This document shows, piece by piece, positions 52,071 to 61,968 of a DNA stretch of 64,000 nucleotides (its first letter is position 1; each line of letters opens with the position of its first letter). The stretch comes from an uncultured delta proteobacterium (GTDB lineage Bacteria > Myxococcota_A > Polyangia > Polyangiales > Polyangiaceae). Position numbers and translations under genes: made by a program. The stretch is from positions 1-64,000 of the forward strand of contig CAWJCS010000006.1 of the NCBI GenBank assembly GCA_963841435.1, read 5' to 3'. The notes under the pieces are model-generated. The model was not told the DNA's origin. It worked only from the letters and a program-made list of their open reading frames with translations, and did not search any database.

Positions 52071-52117
52071 ATCGAATCGCCGGGGCTCCGCCAAAGCCTC
52101 GGTAAAGGAGCCCGTCG

Positions 52118-52852
52118 ATGCCGATCGAGCGACGAACAAGCGAGCCGGGCGCGCCGCTCTACACAGAGCTCTTGCGCGGCGGACAGATGTGGTCACGCGT
52201 GCTCTCGCGGGGCGAGCGGCTGAAGCTCGTCAACGTCGAGGGCGGGGCGACGGCGGCAGCATTGCTGTTCAACGCGGTGTCGCCCCTCGAACGCTACAAC
52301 ATGCCCGACACGCTCAAGGCGCAGCACATCGCGCGCCTGACGACCGACACCGTCCTCTACTCCGACATGGGCTGCGTGCTCTGCTCGGTCGTCGCCGACG
52401 ACTTCGGCTGGCACGACACCATCACGGGACACATGACGCGTGCGGCCTCCGAAGGGAAATTCGGGCCTGGCAGCTACCAGGAGCTTCGCAACGACTTTTA
52501 CCGCAACACCCGTGACAACTTCCTGATTGAGCTCGGCAAGCACGGGCTCGGCAAGCGTGACCTTCATGCCAACGTGAATTTCTTCGTCAAAGTGGTGGCC
52601 GACCTGGAAGGGACGCTCTCATTTTCGAAGAACGAGCGCCCGGGAGCGAGCGTCGAGCTGCGCGCCGAGCTCGACGTGCTCGTCGTGCTGTCGAACACGC
52701 CGCACCCGCTCGACCCTTCAGCGCGCTACGCGCCGAAACCCCTCGGGGTCGAGATTCGCGCCGGGCTCCCTGCCGGGCCCGACGATCCTTGCCGGCGTTC
52801 GTGTGCCGAGAACGAGCGCGGCTTCACCCTCACCGAACGAGCGGCGAGCTAG
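52118..52852 (+). CDS. cgdA: Urea carboxylase-associated DUF1989 protein (carboxyguanidine deiminase subunit)
   Basis: ERYNMPDTLKAQH, LYSDMG, HDTITG, NVNFF and SNTPHPLDP motifs; AAGGAG RBS. Confidence 0.88.
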   Translation: MPIERRTSEPGAPLYTELLRGGQMWSRVLSRGERLKLVNVEGGATAAALLFNAVSPLERYNMPDTLKAQHIARLTTDTVLYSDMGCVLCSVVADDFGWHDTITGHMTRAASEGKFGPGSYQELRNDFYRNTRDNFLIELGKHGLGKRDLHANVNFFVKVVADLEGTLSFSKNERPGASVELRAELDVLVVLSNTPHPLDPSARYAPKPLGVEIRAGLPAGPDDPCRRSCAENERGFTLTERAAS

Positions 52853-52861
52853 GAGGCAACG

Positions 52862-53503
52862 ATGACGCTCAAGGAAAGCCGTCTCGAGCCCGCCCGCGCC
52901 ATCTTCGACGAGATCGTGCTTTCGGGCACGGGCTTCAGCCGCCTCATTCACCATGGGCAGACGCTGCGCATCGTCGACCTCGAGGGCAACCAAGCGGTCG
53001 ATACGCTATTTTACGACGCCCACGAGCGCAGCGATCGCTACAGCGCGGTCGATACCATCCGCGAGCAGGGCAACATCTACCTCACCACGGGGTCGCGGCT
53101 GATTTCGACCGAAGGCAACCTGCTGCTCACGATCGTGGCGGACACTTGCGGTCGCCACGACACGCTCGGCGGTGCATGCGCCGCGGAGTCGAATCAGGTT
53201 CGCTACGCCATCGAAAAGAAGTTCATGCACAACTGCCGCGACACGTTCCTGCTCGAGATTCAGGAGCGTCTGTCGCCGATGGAGAAGCGGGACATCACCC
53301 ACAACATCAACTTCTTCATGAACGTGCCCGTCACGCTCGAGGGCGGACTGCGCTTCGAGGACGGCATTTCGGCGCCGGGCCGCTACGTCGAGCTGTTCGC
53401 CGAGCGGGATGTCACGGTCTTGATCTCGAATTGCCCGCAGCTCAACAACCCCTGCAACGGCTACGACCCGACCCCGATTCGCATCCTGGTCTGGGACGCG
53501 TAG
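52862..53503 (+). CDS. cgdB: Urea carboxylase-associated DUF1989 protein (carboxyguanidine deiminase subunit)
   Basis: [37 protein letters not shown] and [11 protein letters not shown] motifs. Confidence 0.9.
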   Translation: MTLKESRLEPARAIFDEIVLSGTGFSRLIHHGQTLRIVDLEGNQAVDTLFYDAHERSDRYSAVDTIREQGNIYLTTGSRLISTEGNLLLTIVADTCGRHDTLGGACAAESNQVRYAIEKKFMHNCRDTFLLEIQERLSPMEKRDITHNINFFMNVPVTLEGGLRFEDGISAPGRYVELFAERDVTVLISNCPQLNNPCNGYDPTPIRILVWDA

Positions 53504-53517
53504 CCCGGAAGCGCGCC

Positions 53518-56500
53518 GTGTTCTCGAAGGTTCTGATCGCCAACCGCGGCGAAATCGCCTGCCGCGTGCTCGCGACGCTCCGGCGGCTGGGCGTGAGAAG
53601 CGTGGCGATCCACTCCGAGGCGGACCGCCACGCTCGCCACGTGCTCGAGGCCGACGAGAGCGTCTGCGTCGGGCCGCCGCCCGCGCTCGAGAGCTACCTC
53701 GACCAGCAGGCCGTCCTCGAGGCGGCGCGACGCACGGGCGCCGAGGCCGTCCACCCCGGTTACGGCTTTCTATCGGAGAACGCCCAGTTCGCCGAACGGG
53801 TGGAGGCGGCGGGGCTCACGTTCGTCGGACCCACTCCCGCCCAGATCCGCCGCTTCGGCACCAAGCACGGCGCGCGAGCGCTCGCCCGCCAGCTCGGCGT
53901 CCCGCTCTTGCCGGGCACCGGGCTCGTTGCCGAGGTCGCGGATGCCGAGCGCGAGGCTCTGCGCATCGGATTCCCGCTCATCGTGAAGAGCACGGCGGGC
54001 GGCGGCGGGATCGGCATGCAGGTGTGTCGCGAGCGGAGCACCCTCGCCGACCAGTTCCGCTCGGCACGCGCGCTCGCCGAGAAGAACTTCGGCGATGGAG
54101 GCCTGTTCCTCGAGCGCTTCGTCGAGCGGGCGCGGCACGTGGAGGTGCAGATCTTCGGCGACGGCACGGGCCGCGTCATTGCGCTCGGCGAGCGTGATTG
54201 CTCCGCGCAGCGCCGGCACCAGAAGGTGATCGAGGAGACGCCGGCCCCGCGCCTGACCGAGGACGCGCGCGGCGCGTTGCTCGAGCGGGCGGTCGCGCTC
54301 GGTCGCGCCGTCAGCTACCGCTCGGCCGGAACGGTCGAGTTCGTGCTCGATGACGAGTCGGGCGAGTTCTTCTTTCTCGAGGTGAATACGCGCTTGCAAG
54401 TCGAGCATCCCGTGACGGAAGAGGTCACGGGAGTCGATCTCGTGGAGTGGATGCTCAAAGTCGCCGCGGGTGATGCGCTCGAGCTCGTGGCGCCGCAGGC
54501 GAGCGGCCATGCCGTCGAGGTGCGCGTGTACGCCGAGGACCCCGAGCGCGGGTTCCGGCCGAGCGCGGGGCTGTTGACGGAGGTGTCGTTCCCTCCGGGG
54601 GTGCGCGTCGACACCTGGGTCGGCGCGGGTACGGAGGTGCCGCCTTACTACGATCCGATGCTCGCCAAGATCATCGTCCACGGCGCCGATCGCGAGCAAG
54701 CGCTCGCCCGCCTGTCCGCGGCGCTCCACGCCACCGAGCTCGGCGGCATCGAGACGAACCTCCGGTATCTGAGAGCGCTCGTCGACGCGGAGGTCGTGCG
54801 CTCGGGGCTGATCGTCACGAGCACGCTCGCGAGCTTCCGCCCGCCGAGCCTGAGCGTCGAGGTGCTGTCGCCGGGCACGCTGACGACGATCGCAGGATCA
54901 CCCCGGGCGCCTCGGCTACTGGGCGATCGGCGTGCCGCCGTCCGGGCCCATGGACGCTCGTTCGATGCGCCTCGCCAACCGGGCCGTCGGCAACGTCGCG
55001 GGAGCGGCCGCGCTCGAGATCACGGTGTCGGGCCCCACCTTGGTCTTCGCAACGGACGCCGTGGTCGCGCTCGCGGGCGCTCCGATGCCGGCGACGCTCG
55101 ACGGCGCGCTCGTCTCCTACCTCGAGCCCGTCCGTGTCCGCGCGGGCCAGAAGCTCGCCATCGGCTCGCTCACGGGCCCCGGCTGTCGCGCCTACCTCGC
55201 CGTGCGACACGGCTTCGACGTGCCGGCCTACCTGGGCAGCCGCTCGACGTTCACACTCGGCGGCTTCGGCGGCCACGGGGGCCGGGCCCTCCGCAAGGGC
55301 GACGTTTTGCACGTCGCAAAGAGCGGCTTCACCGACGGCGAGCCCCTCCGTCTCGACCCTCGGCTCGCGCCCGAGCTCGGCGACCACTTCACGATCGGAG
55401 TGCTCTACGGACCCCACGGTGCGCCCGACTTCTTCACGCCTCGCGACATCGAAACCTTCTTCGCGACCGACTGGGAGGTCCACTACAACTCGGCGCGCAC
55501 CGGCGTGAGGCTCGTCGGTCCGAAGCCCGAATGGGCCCGCCCTGACGGCGGCGAGGCGGGCCTCCACCCCTCGAACATCCACGATGTCGCCTATGCCGTC
55601 GGCACGGTGGACTTCACGGGTGACATGCCCATCGTGCTCGGCCCCGACGGACCGAGCCTCGGGGGTTTCGTGTGTCCCGCGACGATCGTCACGGGCGAGC
55701 TCTGGAAGCTCGGGCAGCTCCGGCCCGGCGCTCGCGTTCGCTTCGTGCCCATCGCGCCTGCGCAGGCCGCGCGGCTCGAGCACGCCGAGTCCGAGGCGAT
55801 CGCAACGCGGCGCCCGGTCGCGCCCGAGCCGCTGGCGTTCCAGATGCCCGAGCGCGCCGTGCTCCGCGAGCTCGGCGAGACCCAAGAGCACCCCAGCGTC
55901 TTTTACCGGCCGGCGGGCGACGGCTCTCTGCTCGTCGAATACGGCCCGCTCGTGCTCGACCTCGCACTGCGCTTTCGCGTGCACGCGCTCATGCAGTGGC
56001 TCGGCGCCGAGCGCGTGCCGGGTATCATCGACGTGACGCCCGGCATCCGCTCACTGCAGGTCCACTACGATCCGACCGAGCTCGGTCTCGCGAAGCTACT
56101 CGACGTGCTCGGGCACGCCGAGAGCGAGCTCCCCGTCGTCTCGAGCATGAAAGTGCCCACGCGCACCGTGCGGCTGCCGCTGTCGTGGGAAGACCCCGCG
56201 ACGCTGCTCGCCATCGAGAAGTACATGCAGAGCGTCCGGCCCGACGCCCCCTGGACGCCGAGCAACCTCGAATTCATTCGCCGCATCAACGGGCTCGACT
56301 CGATCGAGGACGTGCGCCGCATCGTGTTCGACGCGAGCTACCTCGTGCTCGGGCTCGGTGACGTTTACCTCGGCGCGCCCGTCGCCACGCCCGTCGACCC
56401 GCGGCACCGTCTCGTGACCACGAAGTACAACCCCGCGCGCACCTGGACGCCGGAAAACGCCGTGGGCATCGGCGGCGCCTACCTCTGCATCTACGGCATG

Positions 56501-57109
56501 GAGGGTCCGGGCGGCTACCAGTTCGTGGGGCGCACGCTGCAGGTCTACAGCCGCTTTTTACGCAGCCGCTACTTTACCGATCGCGAGCCCTGGCTGCTCA
56601 GGTTCTTCGACCAGATCCGCTTTTACCCGGTCGGCGCCGAGGAGCTCCTCGAGATGCGTGACGCCTTCCTCCACGGCAAGGTGGAGCTCGACATCGGCGA
56701 GGAGGTGTTCTCGCTCGCCGACTACCAGGGCATGCTGGGCCGCGAAGCCGACAGCATCGCGAGCTTCAAGCGCACGCAGCAAGCGGCGTTCGACGCCGAG
56801 CGGCAGCGCTGGGCCGAAGCCGGCGTCGCGTCGTCGCCCGTCGAGGTCGCGGGCGAGCCCGAGGAACGGCCTCTCGCACAGCGTCACCCCGGGGCGGAGC
56901 TCGTGGAGAGCCACGTTCACGGGAGCGTGTGGCAGCTCCGGGCCGAGGTCGGGCAGCGGGTGGCGCGAGGCGACACGCTCGTCGTCTTGGAGTCGATGAA
57001 GATGGAAATCGCGATCGAGGCGACGATGGAAGGCACCGTGGTGGAGCTCTGCGTGAGCGAAGGTCGTGCCGTGACCCCCGGGCAAGCGCTCCTCGTGGTG
57101 CGCCCATGA
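53518..57109 (+). CDS. uca: Urea/guanidine carboxylase (biotin carboxylase + carboxyltransferase + BCCP; one +1 indel at ~54892)
   Basis: [25 protein letters not shown] and [10 protein letters not shown]; after the indel [35 protein letters not shown] and the ESMKME biotin site. Confidence 0.94.
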
Positions 57110-58902
57110 TGAAGCTCCTCCCGACGCTCGAGCTCGGGCGCCTGTCGCGGCTCTACGCCGAAGGAACCGTGACCGCGAGCGCCGTCCTCGACGAGGTGTA
57201 TCGCCGCGTCGAGGCTCGCGGGCGAGCGCCGATCTGGATCGAGCTCGTGCCCAGGAACCGCGCGGGCGAGCTCCTCGCGCGTGCCGAGGAACGCCGCGCG
57301 CGCGGGGAGCGCCTGCCGCTCTACGGCGTGCCGTTCGCCATCAAGGACAACATCGATCTCGCCGGTGTCGCGACCACCGCAGGCTGCCCCGCCTTCCGCT
57401 ACGTGCCGGAAAAAAGCGCCACGGCCGTCGCGCGCCTCCTCTCGGCCGGCGCCGTGCCGATCGGCAAGACCAACCTCGATCAATTCGCCACGGGCCTGGT
57501 CGGCGTGCGCTCGCCCTTCGGCGCCTGCGGCTCCGCCTTCGACGAGCGTTACGTCGCCGGCGGCTCGAGCTCCGGGTCGGCGCTCGCCGTGGCGCACGCG
57601 CAGGTCTCGTTTTCGCTCGGTACGGACACGGCCGGCTCGGGTCGTGTGCCGGCTGGCTTCAACAACCTGGTCGGCGTCAAGCCGACGCGCGGGCTCGTGA
57701 GCACGCACGGGGTCGTTCCCGCGTGCCGGTCGCTCGATTGCGTCTCGGTGTTTGCGGGCAGCGTGCCGGATGCCCAGGCCGTGCTCGAGGTGCTCGCCGG
57801 GAGCGACCCGCTGGATCCGTTCTCGCGCGCGCCGGCCGTCGCGAGCTCGAGGCCCATCGGGCGCGTCGGCGTGCCCAAGACGCTCGAGTTCTTCGGCAAC
57901 GTCGCGTACGAGGCGCTCTTCGCGAGCGCGCGGCAGCGGCTCGCCGCGCTCGGTGCGAGCGTCGTCGAGGTGTCCATCGACGCCTTTCTCGAGGCTGCGA
58001 CGCTGCTCTACGGCGGGCCCTGGGTCGCGGAGCGCTACGCGGCCGTCGGCGAATTCATGGAAGCGCACCTCGGCGAGGTGCATCCGGTGGTGCGCGACAT
58101 CGTGCTCCGCGGCAAGGACGTGACGGGCGTCGAGACGTTCCGCGGCAGCTACCGCCTGCAAGCGCTCCGTCAGCGGACGGACGCCGTGCTCGCCGACGTC
58201 GACGCCTTGCTCCTGCCGACGACGGGTACACACCCGACCGTCGACGCCGTGCTCGCGAGCCCGGTGCAGGAGAACACGCATCTCGGCCGCTACACGAACT
58301 TCATGAACCTGCTCGACCTCGCGGCGATCGCCGTGCCCGCGGGCTTCACCGAGGATCATCTGCCCTTCGGCGTCACGCTCGTCGGTCCCGCTTTCAGCGA
58401 GGCACGCCTGCTTTCCTTCGCCGATCGGCTTCACCGTGCCGCCGGTGCCACCTTCGGTGCGACGGGCGTTGCGATCCTCGACGTGTCGACGCGCCCGGTG
58501 CCCGACGCGGCAGGCGACGAAATCCTGCTGGCGGTCGCCGGAGCGCACCTGAGCGGCCAACCGCTGAACGGCGAGCTCACCAGCCGCGGGGCACGCCTCG
58601 TCTGCGCGACGCGCACTGCCAGGAGCTACAAGCTTTACGCGCTCAGCGGCACGGTGCCGCCGAAGCCTGGGCTCGTGCGGGCACCCGACTTCGGCGGGCC
58701 GGGCATCGAGGTCGAGGTGTGGGCGCTCTCCGCGGCCGGCTTCGGTTCGTTCGTCGGCGGCGTGCCCGCGCCCATGGTGATCGGCAGCGTGGAGCTCGAG
58801 GATCAGAGCCGCGTCAAAGGGTTTCTGTGCGAGCCCTACGCGGTCGAGGGCAGTCGCGACATCACGGCGCTCGGCGGCTGGCGGGCGTTCCTCGCGTCCT
58901 GA
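57106..58902 (+). CDS. atzF: Allophanate hydrolase
   Basis: [37 protein letters not shown] and YTNFMNLLD motifs; C-terminal domain [10 protein letters not shown]. Confidence 0.94.
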   Translation: MMKLLPTLELGRLSRLYAEGTVTASAVLDEVYRRVEARGRAPIWIELVPRNRAGELLARAEERRARGERLPLYGVPFAIKDNIDLAGVATTAGCPAFRYVPEKSATAVARLLSAGAVPIGKTNLDQFATGLVGVRSPFGACGSAFDERYVAGGSSSGSALAVAHAQVSFSLGTDTAGSGRVPAGFNNLVGVKPTRGLVSTHGVVPACRSLDCVSVFAGSVPDAQAVLEVLAGSDPLDPFSRAPAVASSRPIGRVGVPKTLEFFGNVAYEALFASARQRLAALGASVVEVSIDAFLEAATLLYGGPWVAERYAAVGEFMEAHLGEVHPVVRDIVLRGKDVTGVETFRGSYRLQALRQRTDAVLADVDALLLPTTGTHPTVDAVLASPVQENTHLGRYTNFMNLLDLAAIAVPAGFTEDHLPFGVTLVGPAFSEARLLSFADRLHRAAGATFGATGVAILDVSTRPVPDAAGDEILLAVAGAHLSGQPLNGELTSRGARLVCATRTARSYKLYALSGTVPPKPGLVRAPDFGGPGIEVEVWALSAAGFGSFVGGVPAPMVIGSVELEDQSRVKGFLCEPYAVEGSRDITALGGWRAFLAS

Positions 58903-58916
58903 TCTATAAGGGGCCC

Positions 58917-59627
58917 ATGGCCATGCTCGACGGCAGGCGGATCCTGCTCACGGGAGTGTCGCGCGGCGTCGGGCTCGAGGTCGCGCGCCTGTTCCTCGCC
59001 GAAGGTGCCGAGATCGTGGGGGTGGCCCGCGACCCCGTGCGACTCGACCGCGTGCGCCGCGAGCTCGACCCCGGTGGCGAGCGGTTCTCGGTCGTGGCGG
59101 TTAACCTCACGGCGCGCGATGCCGCAGAGCACGTGCTCGGCGCCGTGCGAAAACGCTTCGTTGCGCTCGACGTGCTCTTCAACAACGCCGGTGTTCAGAC
59201 CGACGGCGACACGCAGGGCATCTCCGAGGGTGACGAGGCGGTCTTCGAGCAGGCGCTCGCCGCGAACCTGCTTGCACCCTACCGCTTCTGTCGCGCGTTC
59301 TTGCCGCTACTGCTCGCGGGGCGCGAGCCGCGCATCGTGAACGTGAGCTCGGGGGCCGGCAACTTCGAGAGCATGCGTAGCATCGGCATTCCGACCTATC
59401 GTCTGTCGAAGTGGGCGCTGAACGGGCTCACCATGTTGCTTGCCACGGAGCTCGCGGGAAAAGTCAGCGTGAATGCCTTCGACCCGGGCTGGGTCAAGAC
59501 CGATCTCGGCGGACCCAAGGCCCCGGGCTCGCCGGTCGAGTCGGCGCGCGGCGCGCTCGCGCTCCTCCGCCTGCCAGTTTCCGAGACGGGGAAGTTCTGG
59601 AAGGACGGCGCCGAGATACCCTTCTGA
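58917..59627 (+). CDS. Short-chain dehydrogenase/reductase
   Basis: [21 protein letters not shown] and [10 protein letters not shown] motifs. Confidence 0.9.
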   Translation: MAMLDGRRILLTGVSRGVGLEVARLFLAEGAEIVGVARDPVRLDRVRRELDPGGERFSVVAVNLTARDAAEHVLGAVRKRFVALDVLFNNAGVQTDGDTQGISEGDEAVFEQALAANLLAPYRFCRAFLPLLLAGREPRIVNVSSGAGNFESMRSIGIPTYRLSKWALNGLTMLLATELAGKVSVNAFDPGWVKTDLGGPKAPGSPVESARGALALLRLPVSETGKFWKDGAEIPF

Positions 59628-59704
59628 TTCGCTCCACCAACTGCTCCGTCACTCATCTGCTCCTGCCAAAGACCGGTGGAGTAGTGCTAAAAGCCGGTGA
59701 TCGC

Positions 59705-60136
59705 ATGTACGACGTTCTCTTGATGGTCCATTTTTTGGGTCTCGCCATGGGGGTCGGCACGAGCATCTCGATGCTCACGCTCGGCAAGGCCGCGCAAAAT
59801 CTCGCGCCGGAGGAGCGCGCGACGTTCTTCGCGCGCGTGGGCGGCCTCTCGCGCAACGGCTCGATCGGCCTGGCGCTCTTGATTGCGAGCGGCCTCGGCT
59901 TGTTGTTCGCGCGCGGCGCCTCGACGACCTTCGCGACGGCGGGTGGCGCGTTCCACACGAAGCTCCTGCTCGTCGTCGTGCTCTCCGGAATGCTCGGGTA
60001 CTCGCAGGTCTTGCGCAAACGTTTGCGCGAGGCAGGCGGCACGGGCCCGGCGGCGGCGAAACTCCCGAAGCTCGGCGCGGGTATGCTGCTCGTCAGCCTC
60101 GCGATCATCGTGCTCGCCGTGCTCGCCTTTCACTGA
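59705..60136 (+). CDS. Four-TM membrane protein (DUF2269/CopD-like)
   Basis: VHFLGLAMGVG...LLIASGL...FHTKL...; four hydrophobic helices. Confidence 0.65.
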   Translation: MYDVLLMVHFLGLAMGVGTSISMLTLGKAAQNLAPEERATFFARVGGLSRNGSIGLALLIASGLGLLFARGASTTFATAGGAFHTKLLLVVVLSGMLGYSQVLRKRLREAGGTGPAAAKLPKLGAGMLLVSLAIIVLAVLAFH

Positions 60137-60201
60137 GCGCTCGGGCCGCGCCGCCCGGCCGGGGCTTTCGCCGCGGGCCACGCGTCTGCTTCGCGTCGGT
60201 G

Positions 60202-61752
60202 CTAGCGGCGTTGATCGAGGATCGAGCGCTCGTCGGGCGGCTTCGCAACGGGAGCGGCCGGCTTGGGAGCTGCGGGGGCGGCTTGGGCCACGGCGGCCTT
60301 CGGCGCGGCCACGGCGGGCTTCGGTGCCGCTGCCGTCGGCGTGACGCGCGGCGAGGACGGCGGGCGTCGCGTGGCCGGTGGGGGCAGAGGTGCGGGTTTC
60401 GGTGGGCTCGGGGGCTCGGGCATCGGCGTGATGGCGATGGCGGACGCCGCTGCGCGTACGGACGGCTCGGCCGTGGCCGCCGGTGCCGGTACGACGGCGA
60501 CGGCCGCGGGCGCCAGCCCCGGCTCCGCGGGCGTGGGAACGAGCGCGGCCGCGCTGGCCGCCGGCTCGTCGGTCGGGGCGTCGCGCCCGAACAAGAAGAG
60601 CGCCACCGCACCGCCGACGACGACCGCCGCCAGACCGGTCACGGCAATCCACGGGCCGCTCCGCCGGCCGCTCCCCGCCCTGGTGAGCGCGCCTTCGGCC
60701 GACGTTCGCGAGAGCGCGCTCAGGCTAGCCGCCGCCGCCTGCCCGGCGGTCGTGGGCGTGGGCGCTCCGGCGTACTGAATTGGGCTCGCAGTCGCGACGC
60801 CGGAAGGTCCGGTGCCGGGCCCCGCGGAGCGGCTGGGCGAGGTCTGCGCGGGAGTGGGCGCCGGCGCGTAGCCGAGCATCGGCGCCGAGCCCCGGCCGAC
60901 GCCTCCCTCTCCTGCACAGACCCGGCGAAGCTCTTCGGCGGCCTCGCGCGCTGATCCGAAGCGCCGGTTCACGTCGCGCGCCACCGCGCGCTCGAACCAG
61001 GCGTCGAAGCCCGGCGGCACGGGGCCGAAGGTCGAAGGCGGCGGCACCGGCTCGACGCAGATCTTCAGCGTCAGCCCGCCGATGCTGTCGGCATCGAACG
61101 GGCGCCGGCCCGTGAGACACTCGACGGTCATCACGCCGAGCGCCCAGAGATCGGTCCGAAAATCGACGTTCTTCGCGCCGCTGATCTGCTCCGGGCTCAT
61201 GTAATAGGGCGTGCCCATCACCGCGCCCGTGCGCGTCGCCGAGTCGGTCGCGAGCGCGCTCTGGGCCTTCGCAATGCCGAAGTCGAGCACCTTGGCGAGC
61301 TCCTCGTCCTCGTTTTGCACGAGGAAGACGTTGTCTGGCTTGAGATCGCGATGCACGACGCCACCCTCGTGGGCGCGCACCAGGGCGCGGCTCACGTGAG
61401 TGATCACGCGCGCCGTCTCGGCGGGCGAAAGCCGCCCGAGACGTGCGAGTCGCTGCGCCAGGCTCTCGCCTTCCATCAGCTCCATGGCGATGAAGGGCAC
61501 GTGGGTCGCCTCGTCGACGCCGTGATCGAGGATCTGCACGACGTGGGGGCTGCGGAGCCCCGCCGCGGCGCGCGCCTCGCGGTGGAAGCGACCAATCGCC
61601 TCCGGGTTCGACATCACGTGCGGATCGATGAGCTTTATCGCGACCGGGGCCTCGAGGCCCAGGTGGGTGGCCCGCCAGACGGACCCCATCCCGCCACGCC
61701 CGAGGAGTGACTCGAGCCGGTATTTCCCCGCTAAGACGGAGCCCGAATCCAC
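60202..61752 (-). CDS. Ser/Thr protein kinase with TM helix and Pro/Ala-rich tail
   Basis: GRGGMGSVW, VAIK, HRDLKPDN, DFGIAK, GTPYYMSPEQ and DLWALG motifs. Confidence 0.93.
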   Translation of the reverse strand: MDSGSVLAGKYRLESLLGRGGMGSVWRATHLGLEAPVAIKLIDPHVMSNPEAIGRFHREARAAAGLRSPHVVQILDHGVDEATHVPFIAMELMEGESLAQRLARLGRLSPAETARVITHVSRALVRAHEGGVVHRDLKPDNVFLVQNEDEELAKVLDFGIAKAQSALATDSATRTGAVMGTPYYMSPEQISGAKNVDFRTDLWALGVMTVECLTGRRPFDADSIGGLTLKICVEPVPPPSTFGPVPPGFDAWFERAVARDVNRRFGSAREAAEELRRVCAGEGGVGRGSAPMLGYAPAPTPAQTSPSRSAGPGTGPSGVATASPIQYAGAPTPTTAGQAAAASLSALSRTSAEGALTRAGSGRRSGPWIAVTGLAAVVVGGAVALFLFGRDAPTDEPAASAAALVPTPAEPGLAPAAVAVVPAPAATAEPSVRAAASAIAITPMPEPPSPPKPAPLPPPATRRPPSSPRVTPTAAAPKPAVAAPKAAVAQAAPAAPKPAAPVAKPPDERSILDQRR

Positions 61753-61968
61753 GATCGGCGCGAGTTTACCACGCAAGGCCCTAATCATTCGCCCGAAGCA
61801 GTCGTTCTACGGGCGCCGCCCACCGAAGGCTCCCGTGCCATTGGAAGGGCGGAGCCGAGGCGACGAACGAACCCCTAATGCCCAAAAATGCGGGGGGGCT
61901 CTCCCTTTGCGGCGCCGGCGCGAGACTGCTAAATTCAAGGATTTGGCGCGCACCCCCGCGCACGTTTG

